Assembly (NCBI RefSeq): GCF_009914755.1
Contig: NC_060926.1
Length of the DNA stretch: 64,000 nt
Strand: one strand, 5' to 3'
Source of the DNA: the human T2T-CHM13v2.0 reference genome, Homo sapiens
In this document: piece after piece, positions 40,478 through 55,647 of the stretch
Numbering within the stretch: position 1 is the first letter of the stretch
How the letters are laid out: each line of letters begins with the position of its first letter
Notes under the pieces: generated by a model
Seen by the model: only the letters and a program-made list of their open reading frames with translations
Databases searched by the model: none
Told to the model about the DNA's origin: nothing
Translations under genes and position numbers: made by a program

Positions 40478-40905
40478 TTTTGTTTGTTGTTTTTTAATTA
40501 AAAAAATTGTGGGTACATAGTACGTATGTATATATATATTTATGGGATACTTTAATATATCCCATAATGGGATATATTAATATGGGATATTACTACATCC
40601 CATATATATTTTAATATGGGCATGCAATGTGAAACAAGCACATCATAGAGAACGGGGTACCTATACCCTCAAATATTTATCTATTGAGTTGCATACAATG
40701 GAATTACACTCTTTAAGTTATTTAAAAATGTACAGTTAGGTTATTCTTGACTATAGTCAGCCTGTTGTGCTATCAGATAGAAGGTGTTATTCATTCTTTC
40801 TATTTTTTTGTACCCATTAACCATCTCCACCTTCCTCCCAAACCCCACCACCCTTCCCAGTGTCTGGTAACCATTCTTCTTCTCTCTGTTCATGAATTCA
40901 ATATG
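40478..40905 (-). mobile_element. L1MA2-like 3' end
   Basis: ttgtgggtacatagta, catgcaatgtgaaacaagcacatcatagagaa, tgtacccattaaccatc. Confidence 0.85.
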
Positions 40906-41199
40906 TTATCATTCTCAGTCTCTATGGAAAAAACACAGGTAGAGAGTAGATACCTTCAATCCTACTTTCCTAAGGGTTTTCTAATTGTGTTGGGGTGGAA
41001 CAGGTGTACTTCGTTTTGAACTAAACTAAATTAACCCAATTTCTTCTGGGTCACTCTTTTATATACAGGCCTGACCTACTTTATGAATTCTGACAACAGT
41101 CATGAGTGAATGTGTATGCACCTATGCAGTTTGTATGTGGAGGGGGAAGTAAACTAACATTTACCGAGTCAAGATTCATGGCAAATAATTGTATTTATT

Positions 41200-41746
<547 letters not shown>

Positions 41747-42384
41747 TGTGTGTAATCTTATTCAATCTCAAGATGCCTTCAAAATGGTTCTATTGAGCTC
41801 ATTTTACAGTGAAGGAAATAGCTCTTGAGGATTTTATTGGTCAGTATCCCACAAACTGAAACCAGAACACAATCCTAACTCTCATTTTGGTGTCCTTTGC
41901 TGTACTCTGTGATAATCCTGCTTTAGTGACACTATGGGTCAGGTCAATACAACACTCTATCAATTAAAATGTTCATTCATTTAACCCTTTATTTTCACAC
42001 CATGGGCAAAGCCATTGTGTTATTTACATCTAAGAAACTGGCATTTTATTTGCACTCTTTTCTCTAAAACACAGAGAAAATAAGCACATTATAATCCTAC
42101 CACCTGAAAAGGCAAAAATTTCCTGGCTTATCCATAGAAACAGCCTCACCTGACAGCAGGCAAGTAACTGTGTAGATGTACACATTAGGATTACCTGGAG
42201 GACAGAGGAAAAATCTGAGACCGATTTCTAGGGCTGAGGCCTCCCTGATAATCAGGACCTCAGGCCTAGCCTACAGTCTCTGTCTTCTCTGTATGAGAAA
42301 AAATTCATTCATCCAGAGGGCTGGTAATGTTTAGACCATCTGTGAAAAAGAACATTCCTGCTTGTTTTCTGTTTTATTTTCTTT

Positions 42385-43270
42385 ACAACAAAAAATGAAT
42401 ATGCATTGATTGTAACAACTAAAACATTCTTTTGTAGAAGCAAAAGTTAACCATCTCTCCCTGCTTTCATCCATTCCCTGCCCACAGAGGTAACCAATTA
42501 AACACGCTCTTAAATAGCCTTCCATAATGTTTCCTTAATCACACAAGCTTACACAGAAATATATGCCTTATGTAGAGTTTTGGTTTTGACTGAATATTTT
42601 TACCAAAATGGGATCATATTGTACATGATTGTCCAATGTGCTTTTTTAAGTTAATAATACATTTTTGTTGTGGCAAAATGTTACAATAGTTGCATCTGAA
42701 TGAGTGGTGTATGAGTGTACATCACACTATTATTGTAGCTTGTTTTTGGATTTAAATTATTTCTTAAACAGAGGGAAAATAAAGAGATAGAAGAGACCTC
42801 AAAGACACAGGTTTTATAAAAATGTCTTTTCATGAAATAGATACTGGCAAAGAAAGAGAAAACCAGAGGCAAAAAAAAGGATTAGAGAAACTAAAAGGAT
42901 AGCAGAAAGCTGTGCAATATGCTAATGACTTCCCTTGGAAATTACTAACATTTAATAAAATTGTATCATTCTCATACATGAATAAAAAGCCATATATATA
43001 TGTGCACATATAATTGCTATTATTGATGTGTGGATGTGTAGAATTGACCTCTTTGTAAAACAGAAATAGATCTAATTTATTAGATTTAATAGCTGCACAA
43101 TATCCCATGGCATGTAAACACCATATTTACTTCCATCATTTCCCTTTTTTAGAAATAAAAGTTAAATCACCACATTTTGTGCTTTTATTTACATAGATTT
43201 GGGGATATTTTGTTTATTGGAAAACCACATAACGTTGCAGTGAATATTGCTGGCCTTGGAATGTTCTTAT
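42385..43270 (-). mobile_element. L1ME-type fragments
   Basis: cagaggtaacca, aaaatgggatcata, tttaatagctgcac...atccca motifs. Confidence 0.5.
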
Positions 43271-44906
43271 ATATCAGAGGGGGACAACCACCAATGTGAC
43301 TGTGGTAAGATGAGAACTAAAATTGATGTGCAAGGCAAATCAGCAAGAAGATGAAATCTAGAAAACTGGGACTTGAGCCTGTGTTTGAAAGATAGGTAGT
43401 GCTGTGCCAGGTGACCATGGTACTAGGGAGTGCCAGACTGGAGATTAAGAGTGTGTACAGAGAGAGCTTGAGCAAAGGCCTGGAGGGAAAGGAACACAGG
43501 ACCTGATCAGGACTGCTGAGCAAATATGGCTTCAGCTGATGATATACTCAAAATGGAGGGAAGTAAGGTGAATTAAATGGATTGGAGCTCAACTGCAGGA
43601 TAAAATTGCACCTTTTTTAAATTACCATGTCCAGAAAAGGTGTCAAGATGGTATAATTTAATAATTCTACTCAGTAAGCATTAACAACTCAAATTTTAAT
43701 TAGGAGGAAACTGGGAAGCTGAGAGGTTTAAATAGCTTGATCATGTGAACTAGGCCAGACCACACAGTCTGAAGTGGGCTAAAGACTGGCCAAAGTGAGT
43801 TCTAAGCCTCAGTTCAAGGTGGCTTTCATGCTGTTTCCTGTAGAACTAGCAAATAAATGGTGCAAACATTACACATAACAGAGAGAAGACTCCCTCTTAT
43901 TTGTAGTGAAGCATTTGAACTTCATTGATCAATATAATGCTTGCAGAGAGTGAGTCCATATGGTTAGAGGGCCTGAGGTCATAGATCCTGTGTTTTATAA
44001 CATAGGCTAGGGAAGGTGTCACATCAGCGCTAAAGGTCGCTTATGAATTTCTCATCACATAGGGATTACATAACTCTGCGCTCCATTTGTTTCTGTGTTA
44101 TTGGGCCTATAGCAGGCATGGTCTAGGTCTGCCTGGACCACAGGAAGGAATTGCAGCTAGTAGTTGATAAAACTAAGATTTCAATCTTTGTCTTTTGAAG
44201 TCAAAGTGTCGTACTGTTTCCACAGCATCTTCCCTACTTCGTGGAGCTAGTGCAATAAAAATGATATTACAGACATTAAAGAACCAATCAAACATTAGAA
44301 TAAATTAGTGACATAATTCCATCCATATTTTAGACAGATCATTTTGGCCATCACATATATGATATTCTAGAGTAATACAAAACTAGAGACAGAAAAAACC
44401 TACCAGAAAACTATTCAGAAATTTCAGGCAAGAGAAGACAGGGCCTAAAATATGGCATTGACACTCACAGTGGAAAAGCAGGAATGGGCTTATTTCTGGT
44501 CCAAATGGCAAAGCTTTGCAACTTACTGATTGTGAGGCATGAAGACGAAAAAGAAAATGAAGACATTTCAAGTATCGTAATATTGAATAGACTGGATAAT
44601 GACAACGTGACTGAGAAAAATTATGATCTGTAACTAGGAAATTACTGATCTTTTATTTTCAAGCTTCCCAGCTTACGTAGCCTGAAGCAGCTAAGGCCGT
44701 GCATGATAGCAGTTCAGCAGGTGTCTCTCTATGTGCGACTCTGTGCCCCTTCAGATAATAACCTTCCTTAACTTTGAAATCAAATGTATTTGTGTTGACC
44801 TCAGTTTCATGTGCTATCCTATCCTTCTCCCATGAAAGCCCCAAGATATTCCTTGAATTCCATAGAATAAGTTTGACCATTCTGAAAAAATCTACTTATC
44901 ATATTT

Positions 44907-45506
44907 GGTAATGGTTAATATTGATTGTCAACTTGATTGGATTGAAGGATGCAAAGTATCGTGCCTGGGTGTGTCTGTGAGGGTGTTGCCAAAAGAGATT
45001 AACATTTGCCTCAGTGGCCTGGCAGAAGCAGACGCGACCTCAATCTGGGAGGGCACCATCTAATCAGCTGCCTGCACAGCTAGAATAAAGCAGGCAGGAG
45101 CAGATAGAAGACCAGACTTGCTGAGTCTTCTGGCCTTCATCTTTTGGACCTACCCCAGCGGTTTGCCAGGGGCTTTTGGGTCTTTGGCCACAGACTGCAG
45201 GCTGAACTGTTGGGTTCCCTACGTTTGAGGTTTTGGGACTCAGACTGATCCAGTACTGCTTTCCTTGCTCCTCAACTTGCAGATGACATATTGTGAGACT
45301 TTACCTTGTGATTGTGTGAGTCAATTCTTCTTAATAAACTCCCTTTACATATATGTGTATATATATATATATATATATACACATAAAAATATATATACTA
45401 TTATATATATAATATATATACATACTTATATATAATAGTGTATATATATATAATATATTTGTATATACTATTAGTTCTGTCCCTCTAGAGAACCATGACT
45501 AATACA
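44907..45506 (+). mobile_element. MLT2A2 (ERVL) solo LTR with internal TA-rich expansion
   Basis: tgtcaacttgattggattgaaggatgcaaagta...ctattagttctgtccctctagagaacc...actaataca; TSD tattt at 44902-44906 and 45507-45511. Confidence 0.9.
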
Positions 45507-45549
45507 TATTTAGAAGTTGTAATATGTACTTCTTAACCAGGCAATGCAA

Positions 45550-45985
45550 TGCCCTCCATAGTTGCCCCCTACTTACTGTCTGACCTCATCTCTTGCTTGC
45601 ATGTTCACTCACCTCCTCTTCCCCAACAATAGCAAATAAAACAGTTTCTGTGACACATCATTTGCACATTCCATGTCTCTGCTTTTACTTTTAATGCTCT
45701 CTCTGGACAGCCTATTTCTCTGAGGTATGATTGATGGTGCGGTGGGTAATCTTCCTAGAAACATAAATACTTCAAGACTTATTTTTCTCAAGAGAGTTTT
45801 CCTAATGTTAGCCTTCTCCAGGAAATACTAAGCACTCCCTTTAGAGCACACTCTGTTACTTTACACTTCCATCTCTCTATCAGTTATGCTTCACTGTGTG
45901 TATGAGTTACACGTTTCCCTCCCTGTCCAGCAGGTATAGTATTAGGCCTGTTAGCCTGTTCATTTTCTGGAAAAGCATACTGCTT
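45550..45985 (+). mobile_element. L2 3' region (host of the large L1; its (TGGA)n-like tail resumes at ~53058-53092)
   Basis: tctgacctcatctc, tttgcacat, cttcaagact, agccttctc motifs. Confidence 0.5.
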
Positions 45986-45999
45986 AGAAAATAATTATT

Positions 46000-47300
46000 C
46001 TTTTATTTCTAAAGCATTTGTTGTACTATCTCCTCTTTGATTTATTATTCTATTTATTTGAGTTTTTTTCTCTTTTCTTCCTGGTCTAGCTAAGAGTTTG
46101 ACAATTTTGTTTATCTTATTTAAAAACCAACCCTTCGTTTTGTTGATTTTTTATATTGGTTTTCTATTCTGTATTTATTTATGCTCTTATCTTTATAATT
46201 TCCTCCCTTTTGTTAATCTTGGGCTTAGTTTGTCCTTCTTTTTCTCATTTCTTAAGGTATATATTGTTTATTTAGCATGTTTTTCTTTTGTCAATGCAGG
46301 CATTTTTTCTATAAACTTCCTTCATACTACTTAATACTGCTTTTGCAATGTTTCCCTTAAGTTTTAGTATATTGTGTTTTGTTTTACTTTCATTTCTCTC
46401 AAGATTGTCAAAATTCCTTTTTGATTTCTTTTTTGACCTAATTGTTGTTGAACAGTGTGTTGATTAGTTTCCATGTGCTTGTGAATTTTCCTTTTTTTTG
46501 CAGGGGGCGGCTGTCACTGATTTCTAGTTTCATTTCATTGTCCTTGGAAGAGATACTTGGCTTGATTAATCTTCTTCAATTTGTTAAGATTCTTTATGTA
46601 GACTAACATGTAATCTATTCTGGAGAATGTTCCATTTGAGTTTGAAAAGAATGTGTATCCTTTTGTTATTGGGGAGAAAGTTCCATATATATATATATGT
46701 TATGCCAATTTAGTCTATAATGTTGTTCAAGTCTGCCATTTATTTGTTGACTTTATATCTGTATGTTCTATCAATTATTGAAAATGGGATATGTAAGATT
46801 CCTACTATTATTGCATTGCTGTCAACTTCTGTCTTCAGATCAGTCAATATTTACTTTACATATTTTGCTGCTCTGATGTTGGGTGTATATATATATATAT
46901 ATTTATAATTGTATCTTTTTGTTGAAGTAAAATTTTATTAATTTTTAATGGCCTTCCTTTTCTCTATAAACAATAGTCAAGGCTTAAAATCAATTTTGTC
47001 TGGTATAAGTAGAGACATTCCTGCTTTTTTGTTGTTTTGTGTTTTTTGGGTTTTTTTTTTTTTGGTTACCATTTACATGGAATATCATTTTCTCAATCTC
47101 TTCACTTTCAGCCTGTGTCCTTAAAGCTGAAGTGAGTCTCTTTTAGACAGCATATAGCTGAATCTTAGTATTTTTATCCACTCAACTACTCTATACCTCT
47201 TTATTCGAAAGTTTAATTTATTTTCATTTAAGGTAACTGTTGATAGGAAAAGATTTACCATTGCCATCTTGTTAACTGTTCTCTGTTGTGTAGTCCCTTT
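46000..47300 (-). mobile_element. Inverted 5' segment of L1MA8/9-like element (ORF2 endonuclease-side region)
   Basis: Antisense L1 ORF2: tctagctaagagtttgacaattttgtttatc, ggagaatgttccat, gtgagtctctt...agacagcatatag. Confidence 0.85.
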
Positions 47301-48022
47301 GAATTACAAGAGACTATTATGAATAATTATATGCCAAAAATTTAATAAGCTAGAATAAATTGGTAAATACCTAGAAATGTAACCTACAAAGACTGAATCA
47401 AGAAGAAATAAAAATACTAAACAGGTAATTAATAAATAAAGAGCTTGAATCAATAATCCAAAACTTTCAACAAAAAGGCCCAGGACCAGATGGCTTCATG
47501 GGTGAATTCAAACAACCATTCATAAAAGATTTAATACCAATCCTTCTTTAACTCTTCCAAGAAAACAGATGTAGAGGGAAAACTTCCAAACTTATTTTAT
47601 GAGGCCAGCAACACTCTGATTCCAAAGCTAGGCAAAAATACTATAAGAAAAGAAAACTACCACCCAAATCCCTAATGAACAATGATGCAAATATCCTCAG
47701 TAAAGTACTGGCAAACAAAATTCAACAGCACATTAAAAGATTTATATGCCGTGATCAAGAGAAATTTATCCCTGGGTTGCAACAGTGGTTCAGCATATAT
47801 AAATCAGTTAATGTGATATATCACATTCACAGATTAAAAGCAAAAAACACATATATACCTCAATAGATACAGAAAAATATTTTTTAAACTCAACATCCAT
47901 TAATGATAAATAATATTTAACAAAATAGGTATAAAAAACTTACCTCAATACTAACATAATAATTAATAGACAAAGAAGCCTGAAAACTTTTTCTCAAGGA
48001 CCCAGTAGAAAACAAGGATTTC

Positions 48023-48602
<580 letters not shown>

Positions 48603-49352
48603 CAAACCATATGGTTTTCTATATGTAGAAAACCGTAAGGAATCAATAGCAGCAAAAAGCCTGTTAGAACTTATCATTGAATTCAGTAAATTTGCAAATA
48701 CGAAATCAGCATACCAAAATTAGTGTCATTTCTATACAATAGCAGTCAACTATTTTAAACAGAAAACTTTAAAATTCCATCTGCAATAGCAACAAAAAGA
48801 ATAAAATGCTTAGAAATGAACTTAACCAAAAAGGCTAAAGATTTATACACTGAAATTTATAAATATTAGTGAAGGAAATTAAAGAAGACACAGATGAAAA
48901 GATACCACGTTCATGCATTGAAAGAATTAATATTGTTAATATGTCTATACTATGCAAAGTGATCTACAGATTAAACAAATTATTCATAAACATCCCGTGA
49001 CATTCCCTACAGATATAGAAAAACAGATGCTAAAATTAATATGGAACTGCAAAAGATCTCAAATAAACAAAGCAATTTTGAGCAAGAACAAAACTAGAGG
49101 CATCACACTTCCTGACTTAAAAATATATTACAATTCTACAGTAATGAAAAAAATACATAATACTGGCATAAAAACAGACATACAGACCAATGGAACAAAA
49201 CACAGAGCCCAGAAATAAGTCTACTTATTTATGGTCAACCGATCTTTGAGAAGAGTATCAAGAACACACAATGGAAAGGAATGGTCTCTTCAGTAAACAG
49301 CTTTGGGAAAATTGGATATCTATATGCAGAAGAATAAAACTGGACCCTTATG

Positions 49353-51488
49353 CAGTAGTTCCCACTTATTCAACATTTTGCTTTCCACAGTTTTAGTTAT
49401 CCACAGTCAACTATGGCCTGAAAATATTAAATAAAAAATTCCAGAAATGAACAATTTATAAATTTCAAATTGTTTACCATACTGAGTAAGATGATTAAAT
49501 CTCATGCCATCCCACTCAACAAAAGCATCTGTCACCCAGAATATGAATCATCCCTTTGTCCTGAAGATCCACACTGTATACACTACTCGCTCATTTGTCA
49601 CGTAGCCATCTTATCAGATCGAATTTCACAGTATCACAGTTTTTTATCTTCAAGTAACCCTTATTTTACTTAATAATGCCTTCAAAGTACAAGGGTAGTG
49701 ATGCTGGCAATTGGGATGTGCCAAAGAGAAGCTGGAAATTGCTTGAAAAAGTGAAAGTTTATTATAGGTGTGTATGTATAGAAAAAACATAGTATGCATA
49801 GGATCTGGTACTATCTAGGGTTTTGGTGGCAGCAGCAGTCTATCTGGAGCAACTGCTGCCATGATGCCAGCTGCAGTGGGGGATGTATGGCAGGGGCTGT
49901 GTGCTCCACAAAGCCCACAGGAGCTGGGAACAGGTGAAAGCCCCACCCCCTTATGAGTTGGCAGGGCAGAAGCCTTGCCCTCCTGGGCACGGATGTAGCC
50001 ACTGAGCCACAGCTGCAGACCTGGGCATCCCTGTGCTCTTGGGGGCCCAGGAAGCCCCCCTACCCCCACAGGCTTGGAAGTGCCTGCTCCCACTGCCTGG
50101 CCAATCCCAGTGCCCACACAAATTTTGGAGCAAAGTTGAGACCAAGTCCAGATGCTGTGACAACTCGGCCAGGTGTGTGCATGCTTGGGGAAGCACTGAC
50201 ACATCAGCCTCTGCTGCTTTGGCCCCCTCCAGACTTTGGGTGCTGACCAACACAGGAGGGAGGTCAAGGGGATGCTGAGGGTGGCTTGGCATGGGCCTGA
50301 AGCCACCCCTCATCACAAACAGCCTGGACACTGTAGCCACTGTGGATGGCAGGTTAATGGTGGCAAGAGGAAGACAGGCTCCTGGGCAAAAAGAGATGGG
50401 TTCCTGGTGAAACCCCACTTTCAGGGCAGGGACAGCCTGAGACTCCCAGTTCCATGCACCGGAGTGAGAACCCACAGGCTTTTTCCAGGCCTGCCATGGC
50501 TGCCCATGGACAAATCAGCACACAGTTTCTCCTCTCTGAAGCCCATAAAAACCACAGACTTAGCCAGGCTCAAGCAGACAATGGGACAACCTGCTTGTGG
50601 AGAGGAGATACCCACTGCAGGTCTCCTGCCTGCTGAGAGCTGGGCAGATGACAGGACTACCCGCCAACAGAGAGGATCTACCTAATGTCAGTCTCCGCTC
50701 TGCTAACAGCTGGGCAGATGAAAGGACAACCTGCCTGTGGAAAGGAGTTGCCCATTGCGGGTCTCCTCTGAGCTGTTTAATAAGGCACCTCTTTGCCGTG
50801 CTTACCCTTCAGTTGTCCATGTACCTAATTGTGTCTGGGCATGGAACAAGAACTCAGGACTCACCAAACGGCAGGGCTAAAAGAGCAGGGGCTGAAATAC
50901 ACCCCTTGCTTGCCACATTGCAGGCAATGAGAAGGAGAGAAGAGAGAAGGAGAGAAGAACTGCAGCCCCCTGGGGATCCCAGACCAAGGAGCTCCCCAAG
51001 CCAGGGTTCTGACACCATCTTTGGGGTTCTGCAGTTCCTGGCATCTCCAAGCTTCTGAGCACCACTCTGTGCCCTGGTGCCAGCAGTGGAAGAAGCTTGT
51101 GGTATGCCTGGTTCAGCCACAGCGTCACAGGGAGCCAGCACCTATCTTGGTGCATGGAGCTGCCTGCACTGCCACAGCCAGTGTCCCTAGCTGTGTGCAG
51201 TGGCCAGACCCCATGTTTGCCTGCTCACACACCCCTCACCACTCCATGCCTGGCTCACCCTTAGCAGGCATGAGATCCAGGCCAGTAGCGTGAACGGAGC
51301 ACAGCCTGTCAGGCCAAAGGGGTGGAATGAGCCCAGTGGGCCTGAGCAAAACTCAGGCCAAGTTACCACCAGCCACAAAAATTTCTGGATGGAAGGATGG
51401 AAAAGTGACACCTCAAGGATCACATGACAGTTTCAGGCATCCACTGGGATCTTGAAACTTACACTCTGTAAATAAGAGGCAACCACTC
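49353..51488. mobile_element. MER44 (Tigger7-derived MITE) inserted in L1 and split by MER52A
   Basis: cagtagttcccacttat start; gtttcaggcatccactggg...ccactc end; flanks tg/ta consistent with a TA duplication. Confidence 0.8.
49824..51429 (+). mobile_element. MER52A-like ERV1 solo LTR (~1.6 kb, GC-rich)
   Basis: tggtggcagcagc...ctggagc...ctgctgccat start; aaaagtgacacctcaaggatcacatgaca end; 4 bp TSD gttt at 49820-49823 and 51430-51433. Confidence 0.85.
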
Positions 51489-52310
51489 TATCACACCATA
51501 TTAAAAAATCAGCACAACATATATTAAGGCTTAAAAATAATACCTGAAACTGTACAACAAATAGAAACATAAAAGATAAAGCTTTTAGGTATTGGGACTT
51601 GGAAACAGATTTTTGGGATATGACAACAAAAGTACATGAAACAAAAGCAAAAAATAGAAAAGTGGAATTGCATTAAACTTAAAATCTTCTGCACAGCAAA
51701 GGAAACAACAGAGTGAAAACACAACTTATGGAATGGGAGAAAATATTTACAAGCCCTATATCTGATAGGAGTTAATATTCAAAATACATAGTGAACTCAT
51801 ACAACTCAATAGCAAAAACACAAATAACAATTTTAAAATGGGCAAAGGACCTAAATAGACATTTCCCCAAGGAAGATATATAAATGGCCAATGAGTATAT
51901 AAAATGGGTGTTCAATATCACTAATCAACAGGGAATGTAAATCAAAACCACAGTCAGATATCACCTCATACGCTTCTTAGAATGGCTATTACCAAAAACA
52001 CAAATGGTAAGTAAGTGTTGGCAAGAATGTGGAGAAAAAGGGATATTTTTACACTGTTAGTAGGAATGTAAGTTGGTGCAGCCCTTATAAGACACAGTAT
52101 GAAAATTCCTTTAAAAATTTAGATAGAACTACTATTTTCTAGTAATTCTAGTTCTGAGCATATACAGAAAGCAAATGAAATCTCTATCTTGAAGAGATAC
52201 CTTCACATCCATCTTCATTGCAGCATTGTTCATAGTAGTTAAGATATGGAAACAACCTAAATATCTGTCAGTGGATAAATAAAGAAGCTGATAATATATC
52301 ACAGTTTCTT

Positions 52311-52314
<4 letters not shown>

Positions 52315-52361
<47 letters not shown>

Positions 52362-52518
52362 GTGTATGTGTATATGTGTGTGTATATATGTGTATGTGTG
52401 TATGTATATCTGTGTGACTTTATTTTATATATATAAATGTATACGTGTGTATGTATATACATATGTGTGTATATATATGTATGTAAAGGTGTGTCTATAT
52501 ATATGTGTGTGTATATAA
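52315..52518. repeat. (TA)n(CA)n and degenerate (TG/TA)n microsatellite within L1
   Basis: Directly visible. Confidence 0.9.
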
Positions 52519-53109
52519 ATTTTATCTTTAAAAAAATCCTGTCATTTGTAACAACATGGATAAACCTAGAAGACACTGTGCTAGGTAGCCCAGACACAGA
52601 AAGACAAATGCTGTATGATGTCACTTATGTGAAGTCTAAAATTCATAGAAGTCAAACTCATAGAAGCAGAGAGCAGAATGGGGATTGCCAGGGCAGGAGA
52701 TGGGGGAAATGGAAGATGTTCATCAAGGGAATAAAGTTTCCGTTATTTAAGATTAATAAGTTCTGGAGACAGAATGTACAGCATGGTGACCATAGTTAAA
52801 AATATTGTATTTTATACTTGAAATTTGCTGAGAGATTATAATAAGTGTTCTCCTTTCTCCCTCCCCACACAAATTGGTAATTGTGTGAGGTGATGGATAT
52901 GTTAATTAATATAATTGTGGTGATCATTTTATAGGGAATGTATACATCAAAATATAAAGCCGTATACCTTAAATATATACAATTCTTGTTTGTCAATTAT
53001 CAGTTATACCTCAGAAAAGCTAGTATAAAAGGAAAAAGAAAATAAGAAATAATGAGTGGATAAATGGATTGATGGGTGGATAGATGGATAGAAACATACA
53101 GTTTTAAAA

Positions 53110-53362
53110 AAATCCTAGAGATTCTGTACACTCAGTGGTTTCTAATTTCTCCAAGAGAAAACATCTTGCATAACTATAGTATAATATCACAGTCAGGAAA
53201 TTCACGTTGATACAATTCACCAACCTTTCAGGTTTCACCAGTTTTATGTGCATTTGTGTATGTGTGTTGGGGGAGGTGATTAGTTCTATGTAATTTTGTC
53301 ACATGTGTAGATTAGTACGATCACCACCGTAGTCAAGACGTAGAATAGTTCTATCACACAAA
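53110..53362 (-). mobile_element. L1MC-type 3' fragment
   Basis: aacatcttgcataactatagtataatatcaca...caggaaatt...ttgatacaat. Confidence 0.7.
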
Positions 53363-54341
53363 TTTCATGTTTTGCGGTACTTGAAAATCTCTCCCTCAGC
53401 CTAGTCCTTTGATCCCTTCTCTTTTCACATCTCACTGAGCCTACTGCTCTCTTTCTTCAGAAACATGTATATCACATTCTGAATTGTTTTTCTTATATTC
53501 TCTTCTATAAAATCCAAAATCAAACCTACTTTAGGAAAAATGGAAAAGACCCAAAGTGTGTCACTACCGTGGATTCACACTGCTCACACCCCTTCTTTTC
53601 CCCTCTACTAAAGTGTTTACCACAGTGATACATTTTCTGCTCTAAAGTCAATATAAAAATTGTCAAATACTTATATTGGTTAGAAATAGTACCATGGTAT
53701 GAAATACATATTTACAATGCCTACACAGGTATGAGCATTCAGCTAATTCTCTACCCCCTGGTGTTTGTAGATAATTAACACTCATTTTTATATACTGTGT
53801 AGTGCTTCCCTGTTTCAACAAGAAAACAATCCCAGCTCTCTTGAGCACAGATGTGATTTTCTAAATTAATTGATAACCTTAGCAATGATCTTACTAAGAT
53901 ATAGAAAACAAAACAAAATTGACTATAATATACTTTTGCTTAAAATTACACTTCACTCAAAAAGTAATCTTTTATTTATAGAAATGTATTTTATGAAGTA
54001 TAAATACTGAAATGTTCTACTCTAAAACATTTTCTACTGATTTTTATATGAAAGTATAGAAAATATTTCTTGAGATCATATTAAGTACCTATACATAACT
54101 TTACCATGAAATCCTTATATGTTTAAATCAATTTTATGAGTCATTATTTATGTATAGTTAGAAATAAACTATTTTTTAAAATCCCAGTACAATTTTATTT
54201 GTATAATAAGAAATTCCTTGGCATTTTTAGAAACAATCATGCATTTAGGCAACAGATATTTAGTGAGTGCCTTCCATTGGCCAGTAACTGTGATATTCTC
54301 CAGGAATAAATAAATAGGAGTTGCTATCTATCCCCATGGAG

Positions 54342-54725
54342 TGTGATGGTTACTAGTGAGTGTCAACTTGATTGAAGGATGCAGTATTGGTCCGGGGTGT
54401 GTCTGTGAGGGTGTTGCCAAAGGAGATTAACATTTGTGCCAGTGGGCTGGGGAAGGCAGACCCTCCCTTAATCGGATGGGTGCCATCTAATCAGCCACCA
54501 GAGAATATAAAAATCGTGAAGTGATGAGACAGGCCTAGCCTCCCAGCCTACATCTTTCTCCCATGCTGGATATCGAAGTTGGAGTCTGATATTACTGCCC
54601 TCCAATATTGCACTCCAAGTTCTTCAGTCTGGGGACTAAGTCTGACTCTCATTGCTCCTCAGCTTACAGACAGCCTATTGTGGGACCTTGTGACTGTGTA
54701 AGTTAATACTTAATAAACTCCTCTT

Positions 54726-54784
<59 letters not shown>

Positions 54785-54827
54785 ATCCTATTAGTTCTGT
54801 CCCTCTAACAGAACCCTGACTAATACA
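54342..54827 (+). mobile_element. MLT2A1 (ERVL) solo LTR with (GT)n, inserted in an antisense L2
   Basis: tgtgatggtta start; ggcctagcctcccagcctacatctttctccc A1-type segment; aaccctgactaataca end; TSD tggag/aggag. Confidence 0.9.
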
Positions 54828-55647
54828 AGGAGTTATGTTTCAGTGAGAAAATAGATATGTACATGGTAACTATAATAAAGGCTTGGAAATAAGATGAAAA
54901 GTTAGAGAGAGAAGAGTGGGAACCAGAGGGAATGAGTCGAGATGGCTACTTCATAGAAGTAAGGGAAGTATCCAATGAGAAGTCACAAGTTGCATCTTGA
55001 ATTTTGCTTGGCTACAACAAATATCCCTGTAAATGAAGGAAACAAATATTTAAATTGTGGGTTTTTAAAATCTACTTAAAGAAGAGTTATCTGAATTTTC
55101 TTCAAACAAGGGGAAATTATGGGTCAAAAACTGAAAAATCTACCATTACCACCTCCTATGACTATGTTCTGCAATATTCTAATTGTAATAAATAATCTAA
55201 GATGTTTGTAATGTTTTATAATTCTTCAGCCATTTTACATAGGATTATATTGAATGATCACAGCAATTCTGTGAGTTAGGTGTCACTATTTTCTCCTATT
55301 TTATTTCCTTGTCATGAGTCTTTCAGAAAAAAAAAAATGGCAGGTTTTAAAAGCAGGTCTACATGTTTCTTCAGCATATGCTGCTTCTGCATAATTATGT
55401 AATGTTTCCAAATCAGCCTCCATGGGAGCATCTTCAGGACCACAGATGACAGTTATTTAAACATTCAAACATTTTGAACTAGAAGTAAAAATACAATTGC
55501 CTCTCATTTCTGAGTAAAGAAGTAGCAAATTTCATTGAATTTACAGTTCATGGGTTCTTACAGGTCACATGACCTTTTAAAAATATCAGTGAAAATAACT
55601 ATTCATCCTAAAATATTATCAATAATATATTACATAATTATTGTGAA

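Noticed and set aside
49811-51427. Dense overlapping ORFs up to 174 aa on both strands
   Set aside because: All lie inside the GC-rich MER52A-like LTR, where stop codons are rare; no recognisable domain
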